From NCBI RefSeq assembly GCF_004365815.1, contig NZ_SODD01000002.1:98348-130347 (forward strand): a stretch of 32,000 nt of DNA, given 5' to 3'. This document shows, piece by piece, positions 26,596 to 32,000 of this stretch. The translations under genes and the position numbers were made by a program. Source of the stretch: Breznakia blatticola. GTDB lineage: Bacteria; Bacillota_I; Bacilli_A; Erysipelotrichales; Erysipelotrichaceae. Every line of letters begins with the position of its first letter. The stretch's first letter is position 1. The notes beneath the pieces are model-generated. The model made no database searches and was not told where the DNA came from. It was given only the letters and a program-made list of their open reading frames with translations.

Positions 26596-26738
26596 GAAAA
26601 CCTCTTATAGTTAAATCCCACAAAAATATACTGAAACCGCCGCATTCGAAACCATATGTATAATGATGTGAAAACTTGGTAACTGAGTGAGTCAGTTATT
26701 TCTGACGCTAATCATGACTAAAGTAAAAGAGTAGTAAG

Positions 26739-27548
26739 TTACTTAATAATCAGTAGTAATGGATTATCTATTTCTTTATTTACTTTATGAATTAAGAAAA
26801 TAGATAAAAGACTTCCAATGATTAATATCACAAATTTAGATAATAAAACAAAAACAATATTTGAGTATTGTAAATAACTTAGAGCTATTATAAATGAATA
26901 AATTGATGAAATCACTAAGCAGCAGGACAAGGATCCCAGTATAAAATGATTTCTAGAAGTGAAACTATGTAAAACCGAGAGAGTCATAAAGATAACTACA
27001 AAATCAAAAATATTTGTTAGTATCAAATTGAAATAGTACATAAAATCATAATTATTGATAGTATTTCCTATCTCAATAATACTTTTTAATGATGTGTCTG
27101 CATCAAGTAATGACTCAGGGCCTCCTAAATTTACTGTTATACTAAATACTAGAAATTCAACAAGTTTTTGTAATGTCTGGAATGATATAAATCCAAAAAA
27201 ACAAAATGAAATAGTGAATGGAAAAGAATAGCTTGTATTTTGAGTCTTGCCAGAAATCTTAAATATAATTAGTGAACTCAAAATAATACTTATTGCAGTG
27301 ATTAATAAATTAATTTCGCCATTGAGTAAACTATTTATATTTGAGAAACTAGTGTTGAAATCTCCTTTAAGCCAATCAGTAATACCAATTATAAATCCAT
27401 AAATAAGAATGTAAAATAATAAGCCATGACCTATACCAGTGAATTTCAAATTAGAAGATTTTTTAACTTTTAAAATTGGTATTAGTACTAAGCATAACAA
27501 TAGTAATATGTTAATAATAATGTAAATAATGTTCTCTATATTAATCAT
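26739..27548 (-). CDS. Polytopic membrane protein of unknown function (269 aa from the RBS-supported start)
   Basis: About 8 hydrophobic segments and very AT-rich coding sequence. GAGGTAAG lies 6 nt upstream of the ATG at 27548 (MINIENIIY...). The ORF-track N-terminal extension to 27659 runs through the divergent promoter region. Confidence 0.6.
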   Translation of the reverse strand: MINIENIIYIIINILLLLCLVLIPILKVKKSSNLKFTGIGHGLLFYILIYGFIIGITDWLKGDFNTSFSNINSLLNGEINLLITAISIILSSLIIFKISGKTQNTSYSFPFTISFCFFGFISFQTLQKLVEFLVFSITVNLGGPESLLDADTSLKSIIEIGNTINNYDFMYYFNLILTNIFDFVVIFMTLSVLHSFTSRNHFILGSLSCCLVISSIYSFIIALSYLQYSNIVFVLLSKFVILIIGSLLSIFLIHKVNKEIDNPLLLIIK

Positions 27549-27631
27549 TTGACTTACCTCTATATAATAAATATACATTAGAGTGAAAAAAAATCTAACA
27601 TAAAGTTTCTTTGTATGAAGAAAAATGTAAG

Positions 27632-27660
27632 TTGTTTGTAAATAAATGCTTTTGTACAAT
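27632..27660 (+). promoter_or_regulatory. Candidate sigma-A promoter for the cellobiose-family PTS operon
   Basis: TTGTTT (27632-27637), a 17-nt spacer, then TACAAT (27655-27660). Confidence 0.45.
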
Positions 27661-27723
27661 CAAGATAGAAGTAATGAGAGTTAGATTTAGAGTACACAAA
27701 CACATTTAGAAAGTGAGGTTTTT

Positions 27724-29055
27724 ATGTTTGAAAAATTAACAAAATTTCTTGAAAAGCGCTTGTTGCCAATTTTTGAAGTTGTGGGACAACAAGTTCATAT
27801 TATGTCAATTCAAAGTGCTTTCCAAACTCTAATACCAGTAACTTTGATTGGTGCTGTAGCGTTGCTTATACAACGTCCACCAGTTAGTTACGAGACATTA
27901 GAAGTAGGTTCATTCTTTTATAACTTTATGAAGGGGTGGTCAGATTTATCTGCGAATTATGGTGATCCATTGAGGCTTTTAAATACAATTACTTTAGGGA
28001 GCATTTCAGTATATTTAAGTATTTCTTTTTCGTATTTTCTATCATCAAAATATAGTCTAAATCAAATTACTTCAGTTTTTATTACTTTTACATCTTTTTT
28101 ACTTGTTCATACTTTGAGTATAGATGGAGGTTTATCTAATCGATATTTTGGTGGAGAGGGAATGTTCTCAACATTAATTGTTGTTATTGTAACAGTAGAG
28201 TTGCTTAACTTTCTAGTAAAGCATGATGTTGGAAAAATCAAATTACCTGAGGCAGTACCACCAGTTTTACAAGCTTCATTCACGACATTATTTCCATCAT
28301 TTATTATTTATGGATTTTGGACATTAATTGTATTAGTTACTAAAAATGTTTTTGGAACAGAGGTACCAGGAATGATAATGGATGTGTTAGCACCATTTCT
28401 AGCGGCATTTAATAGTTTATTTGGTACAGTTTTGACATCAGTGCTAGCGCAAATAGCTTTTTGGTTTGGAATCCACTCTGATTCTATTTGGGTTATTATG
28501 GGTCCGATTTTTCAATCAAATTTTGAAGTAAATGTCGCAGCATATGGCGCAGGAGTATTACCTAATGCATTACCGCATATAGTATCATCTCCTCTTGTTT
28601 GGGGGTTTGGAACAATTGGAGGTTCAGGAGCAACATTAGCATTTGCTATTCAATTAGTTCGTAGCAAATCAGAACAGTTAAGAGCGGTAGGTAAGATTGG
28701 TATTATTCCATCGTTCTTCAATGTCAATGAACCAATTTTATTTGGTGCACCAATAGTATTGAATCCAGTTCTTTTCATTCCTTTTGTATTGGCACAAGCA
28801 GTTAATATCTCTATTGCTTATGGAGCTATGGCTATTAATTTAGTTAATAAGCCTTTTGCATGGCCAGGTTCAATAACACCAGTAGTAATTCAACAATTCT
28901 TAATTTCTTTTGATTGGAGATCAATTATTTTATGGATTTTCTTAATTGCCGTCGATTATGTTATTTGGTATCCCTTCTTTAAAATGTTTGAAAAAGAAAA
29001 GTTAAAAGAAGAGGGAATTATAGTAGATAATTATAAGGAAACACAAATTGCTTAG
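27724..29055 (+). CDS. PTS lactose/cellobiose-family EIIC
   Basis: 443 aa and polytopic. Conserved EIIC type-3 features include FNVNEPILFGAPIVLNP (compare LacE AVNEPLLFATPIVLNP in this window). GTGAGGT RBS. Confidence 0.85.
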   Translation: MFEKLTKFLEKRLLPIFEVVGQQVHIMSIQSAFQTLIPVTLIGAVALLIQRPPVSYETLEVGSFFYNFMKGWSDLSANYGDPLRLLNTITLGSISVYLSISFSYFLSSKYSLNQITSVFITFTSFLLVHTLSIDGGLSNRYFGGEGMFSTLIVVIVTVELLNFLVKHDVGKIKLPEAVPPVLQASFTTLFPSFIIYGFWTLIVLVTKNVFGTEVPGMIMDVLAPFLAAFNSLFGTVLTSVLAQIAFWFGIHSDSIWVIMGPIFQSNFEVNVAAYGAGVLPNALPHIVSSPLVWGFGTIGGSGATLAFAIQLVRSKSEQLRAVGKIGIIPSFFNVNEPILFGAPIVLNPVLFIPFVLAQAVNISIAYGAMAINLVNKPFAWPGSITPVVIQQFLISFDWRSIILWIFLIAVDYVIWYPFFKMFEKEKLKEEGIIVDNYKETQIA

Positions 29056-29079
29056 TGAAAAGTGCGGAAGGAGAGAAAA

Positions 29080-29382
29080 ATGATTAATGTATTATTAGCT
29101 TGTAATGCAGGAGTAAGTACTGCAATGATGGAAAAGAAAATAGCTGAAGAGGCAAAAAGAAGAAATATTGAATTAATTGTAAATGCAGCTTCTGTATCAA
29201 GAATTGAAAGTTTTGTTAAAGATAATGATATTATTGTTCTTGGACCTCAAGTAAGATTTGCATCAAAGAAAATCGAGAAAGAATATCCTGACATTCCAGT
29301 TTATGTTATTGAAATGGCAGATTTCGGAATGATGAGAGCAGATAATGTACTTGATAACATTTTGAGGGTTTTAAGTAAGTAA
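29080..29382 (+). CDS. PTS lactose/cellobiose-family EIIB
   Basis: MINVLLACNAGVSTAMM carries the phospho-Cys motif. GGAAGGAG RBS before the ATG at 29080; the ORF-track start at 29062 is a GTG extension. Confidence 0.85.
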   Translation: MINVLLACNAGVSTAMMEKKIAEEAKRRNIELIVNAASVSRIESFVKDNDIIVLGPQVRFASKKIEKEYPDIPVYVIEMADFGMMRADNVLDNILRVLSK

Positions 29383-29383
29383 T

Positions 29384-29713
29384 ATGGAAGGAATCGAATT
29401 AATTTGTTTTAAAATGATTTCACATTGTGGATCGGCAAAAAGCTCTTTTATTGAATCGTTGGAAGAATCTCGCAATGGGCATTTTGATAAAGCTCAACAT
29501 TTAATTAGGTCTGGAAATGATGAATTAACTAGGGGTCATAAATACCATGCAGAGTTACTTACTCAAGAAGCAAACAATAACCTTGATGCAATTTCATTAT
29601 TATTAATTCATGCAGAAGATCAATTGATGAATACGGAAACAGTTAAAATAATGGCAGAAGAATTTTTAGAAAACTATAAAATGAAGAGCTGTAGTGAAGT
29701 AGAGACAGTATAA
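29384..29713 (+). CDS. PTS lactose/cellobiose-family EIIA
   Basis: 109 aa with the phospho-His motif LLIHAEDQLMN and the N-terminal SHCGSAKS helix typical of this family. Confidence 0.8.
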   Translation: MEGIELICFKMISHCGSAKSSFIESLEESRNGHFDKAQHLIRSGNDELTRGHKYHAELLTQEANNNLDAISLLLIHAEDQLMNTETVKIMAEEFLENYKMKSCSEVETV

Positions 29714-29724
29714 GAATTTTGTGT

Positions 29725-29770
29725 AAATCCTCCCTTGGTAGAATTGAAATAATTATCAAAGGAGGATTTT
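29725..29770 (+). terminator. Candidate terminator after the PTS operon
   Basis: AAATCCTCCCTTG (29725-29737) pairs with CAAAGGAGGATTT (29757-29769) with one mismatch and a 19-nt loop. T-rich sequence follows. Confidence 0.5.
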
Positions 29771-30040
29771 CAATTTGGGTAGGAAGGATATCATTGAAAT
29801 GATAAGAGCATATTTGTAGTATTGACATGACGGAATCTTTTGTAACTCCAAATACTTATTCTTTATTAATTTACTTATGATTGTTTACCATATGATTATT
29901 GTCAATTTTTTCAAAACAAGGCACATGCGCAGTGTATTGAGACATTCTACCATTTATATTTTGTTTAGAGCATTTGTCATTTATTTGATGCTTACGATTA
30001 TATAAATCTATTTACAGGAGTTGGTTAGGACAAATGTGTA

Positions 30041-30067
30041 AGAAAAAGTCCCCTTTTTAGAGGGGAC
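30041..30067 (-). terminator. Rho-independent terminator for the IIA-IIB fusion gene
   Basis: Perfect GC-rich 7-bp stem GTCCCCT / AGGGGAC with a 6-nt loop. On the minus strand it is followed by TTTTTCTT. It lies about 100 nt downstream of the stop at 30166. Confidence 0.75.
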
Positions 30068-30165
30068 AAGAAACGTGCAAGTGTGTAAGTCTTTATTAGA
30101 AGTCTATAGGCCTTGCTGGGAATAAAGCCTTATAGAATCAAAGAAAACCACTAGTTTACTGCTGG

Positions 30166-30816
30166 TTATGGTAGTAGTTGTTTCAATATGTCGTCAAAAA
30201 TTTTTTCAGCTCTCATCAGTCCGAAATCAGTCATGTTAAGCAATTGTATATAAATAGAATTCCTAGTGATTCTTTTTATTTCATCATGAAGTTGGCTGAT
30301 TTGTGGACTAACTAAAACAATATCATAATTCATGTATATTCGTTCTAAATCATTAAAAGTTGTTGCCTTAATATCAACTTTGATTCCTTTTGCCATAGCA
30401 ACTTTTTCCAATTTACTTTTTAAAATAACTGTGCTCATACCAGCATTACATATAATTAAAATTTTTATTAATTCTTTATTTTCTATTGAATTATCAAATT
30501 CTTTTCTCAATAGGTTATCGTTTTCTATTGCTAAAGTTGACATATGTTGCCAGTTAATTGCGTTCATGAGCGAATCTTGAGAATGGATTAATATAAGGCT
30601 GAAAGGGAGACTTCCATTCTTTGCTTCATAGTCAACTAATTTAGAATTTACAGTATGTGCTAAATCAATTGCTTTTTTTCCTAAAGCAAATTCTTTTTTA
30701 GATGACGATTTGTCTCCTTTAAGTGATAGTTGGCACGAATTGTAAAAGTGAGCAAATGCAGTACCGGCATAACTCACAATTTGGGTTGCATATTCTTTGA
30801 TCTTTATTTCATCCAT
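30166..30816 (-). CDS. Stand-alone soluble PTS lactose/cellobiose-family EIIA-EIIB fusion protein
   Basis: The N-terminal ~100 aa are EIIA-like, with LILIHSQDSLMNA (His78). The C-terminal ~100 aa are EIIB-like, with KILIICNAGMSTV (Cys123) and the DFGLMRAEKI tail also seen in the neighbouring EIIB. No TM segments. Confidence 0.75.
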   Translation of the reverse strand: MDEIKIKEYATQIVSYAGTAFAHFYNSCQLSLKGDKSSSKKEFALGKKAIDLAHTVNSKLVDYEAKNGSLPFSLILIHSQDSLMNAINWQHMSTLAIENDNLLRKEFDNSIENKELIKILIICNAGMSTVILKSKLEKVAMAKGIKVDIKATTFNDLERIYMNYDIVLVSPQISQLHDEIKRITRNSIYIQLLNMTDFGLMRAEKIFDDILKQLLP

Positions 30817-30913
30817 GATATTTAAATTCCTTTACTAAAATATAATAATACATTTTATTGATTATATAAAGACTTAAACTATATATAATCACTGGATGAA
30901 AGTATTCATTTTC

Positions 30914-30925
30914 TCTGTGCACAGA
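30914..30925. promoter_or_regulatory. Palindrome in the divergent promoter region; candidate operator
   Basis: TCTGTGCACAGA is a perfect 12-bp palindrome. It is flanked by TTTTC ... AAAAT, which extends it imperfectly. Confidence 0.3.
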
Positions 30926-30984
30926 AAATAAATATTTATTCCATTCGCAGGAACCAGTATAATTTAAATCGAAAGGATATGTCT

Positions 30985-31923
30985 ATGAAACTTACAAGAA
31001 GAGAATCAATAATAATAAATAAGCTAAAACAAAATCCGAATGGCTTGTCAGGAAATAAACTCGCCAAGATATTAAAAGTTTCTACGAAAACCATACAAAA
31101 TGATATAAGGGGAATTAATTGTTTTTTTGATGAACAGATAAAAGAGTCATCAAATCGAGGGTATGTATTGATTGTTGATGAAATAAATCCTAATCTTTTT
31201 TCATATGAGGAAGATATTAGTTCAAGAAACAATCAGATACTTGAAAAAATATTGTTAAAAAATAGTGAGTATAATTATTCCGATTTGGCAAATAGTTTGA
31301 ATGTGTCAGAGTCAAACCTTCAACTATGGATTAAAGAGTGCAATGATTTTCTTTTAAAGTATAGTTTGAAAATAAATCGAAGCAAAGGCTATGTATTCTT
31401 ATCTGGTAAGGAGATAAATAAAAGGAAATTAATAAATCATATGATTCATGATGAACTAAATTCAAATATCTATAAAGATAATGAGGTCCTAAAATATTAC
31501 GATAAAATAAATGAAGATGAATTACTTAAAGTTTTAAATGATTTTCTGGAAAATGAGAGACTTAGAATTGCTCCATACTATCAAACAAGTATATATTTAA
31601 ACTTGCTTTCAGTCTTTGAACGTATAATTAATAAATTACAGATAGAAACAGCAGATATTAAGGTGTTAAAAAGTAGCGCAGAGTATAAGTTGGCATTAGA
31701 ACTATGTTCATATGTTAGTTCCAAATATACAATTTCTATAATAGAAAGTGAAGTGTATTTCATAGCCTCTCTTTTTGTGGGTCAATTAAAAGATGAAAAA
31801 ATTGATTCAAGCATTTATGTTTCAACTTCTTTTGTAGAAAAAGTTGACAGTTTACTTTTGAAAACGTTCAATCACTATATGTTGAATTCAAAATATAATG
31901 ACTTTTGTAAATGTCAATTATAA
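30985..31923 (+). CDS. BglG/LicR/MtlR-type transcription regulator, N-terminal half only (HTH, Mga-like HTH, one PRD-like region); possibly truncated
   Basis: ESIIINKLKQNPNGLSGNKLAKILKVSTKTIQNDI is an HTH. A second HTH region ends in RSKGYVFLSGKEINKRKLI, the pattern of LicR/MtlR-type activators. A helical PRD-like stretch follows. The GAAAGGA RBS favours the ATG at 30985 over 30979. The protein is only about 312 aa, versus roughly 600-700 aa for family members as I recall them. Confidence 0.65.
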   Translation: MKLTRRESIIINKLKQNPNGLSGNKLAKILKVSTKTIQNDIRGINCFFDEQIKESSNRGYVLIVDEINPNLFSYEEDISSRNNQILEKILLKNSEYNYSDLANSLNVSESNLQLWIKECNDFLLKYSLKINRSKGYVFLSGKEINKRKLINHMIHDELNSNIYKDNEVLKYYDKINEDELLKVLNDFLENERLRIAPYYQTSIYLNLLSVFERIINKLQIETADIKVLKSSAEYKLALELCSYVSSKYTISIIESEVYFIASLFVGQLKDEKIDSSIYVSTSFVEKVDSLLLKTFNHYMLNSKYNDFCKCQL

Positions 31924-32000
31924 ATTAACGAAAATTCGGAATCAGAGTTGATGAATTTTCGGAATATGAGTTGAAGAAAAATCGGAATTATAAATTGATG
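31907..32000. repeat. Contiguous ~23-bp direct repeats running off the window edge
   Basis: Units: GAAAATTCGGAATCAGAGTTGAT (31930-31952), GAATTTTCGGAATATGAGTTGAA (31953-31975), GAAAAATCGGAATTATAAATTGA (31976-31998). A degenerate unit at 31907-31929 shares AATTATAAATT with the third unit. The TCGGAAT core recurs every 23 bp exactly. Confidence 0.7.

Noticed and set aside
26636-26660. TTCGAA-containing segment checked as a tRNA T-arm
   Set aside because: There is no GGTTCGAATCC-type T-loop context, no acceptor-stem complementarity and no cloverleaf on either strand.
27549-27659. N-terminal 37-codon extension of the membrane-protein ORF
   Set aside because: There is no RBS at 27659, and the extension runs through the predicted divergent PTS promoter. 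GAGGTAAG is correctly spaced before the ATG at 27548.
29775-29819. 14-codon mini-ORF (TTG start) after the AAAGGAGGA at 29758-29766
   Set aside because: The Shine-Dalgarno-like sequence is the 3' arm of the PTS operon terminator stem. The peptide is tiny and featureless.
29643-29828. Minus-strand 61-aa ORF overlapping the EIIA gene's 3' end
   Set aside because: It overlaps a well-supported EIIA coding frame and the terminator. It has no RBS, and its sequence is a low-complexity L/I/S-rich shadow ORF.
30936-31232. Minus-strand 98-aa ORF
   Set aside because: It is antisense to the 5' end of the regulator gene and to the divergent promoter region. It has no RBS and an F/S/I-rich shadow composition.
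31907-32000. Direct repeat array checked as CRISPR
   Set aside because: The units are contiguous with no spacers, are only about 23 bp, and diverge from each other. No cas genes are present in the window.

Overview
Low-GC Firmicutes-type chromosomal segment, possibly Erysipelotrichia- or Clostridia-like; that taxon guess rests only on composition and protein motifs. Almost all of it concerns galactose and beta-galactoside acquisition. Order, left to right: (1) the 3' end of an Fe-alcohol dehydrogenase, a convergent DUF5131/Gp37-Gp68-like gene, an EamA transporter and a MATE exporter. (2) A DeoR (LacR-like) repressor divergent from lacF-lacE-lacG (lactose-family PTS plus 6-phospho-beta-galactosidase), followed by an overlapping HAD hydrolase and a membrane-anchored GH53 endo-beta-1,4-galactanase. 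(3) A galR-galK-galE-galT-galM Leloir operon with two LacI-type palindromic operators. (4) An AraC-type response regulator, a LytS/YesM-type histidine kinase and a lipoprotein sugar-binding sensor, upstream of mglB-mglA-mglC. This operon continues into a 55-aa membrane ORF absent from the ORF track and a 129-aa unknown protein. (5) A ~560-bp ORF-free structured region, then a more AT-rich block. That block holds a very AT-rich polytopic membrane protein of unknown function, a cellobiose-family PTS IIC-IIB-IIA operon, a convergent stand-alone IIA-IIB fusion protein, and a divergent short HTH/PRD-like regulator. The regulator ends exactly where an array of contiguous 23-bp direct repeats runs off the window edge. 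I saw no rRNA, tRNA, CRISPR array, transposase or recognisable defence genes. The most unusual candidates are: the IIA-IIB fusion with the histidine-free PRD-like regulator and the edge repeat array (possibly a mobile-element end); the extended mgl operon with its small membrane protein; and a lacFEG-HAD-galactanase-Leloir arrangement suggesting a Gal-6-P dephosphorylation shunt. All functional calls come from my reading of the translated ORFs and motifs. No database search was run.
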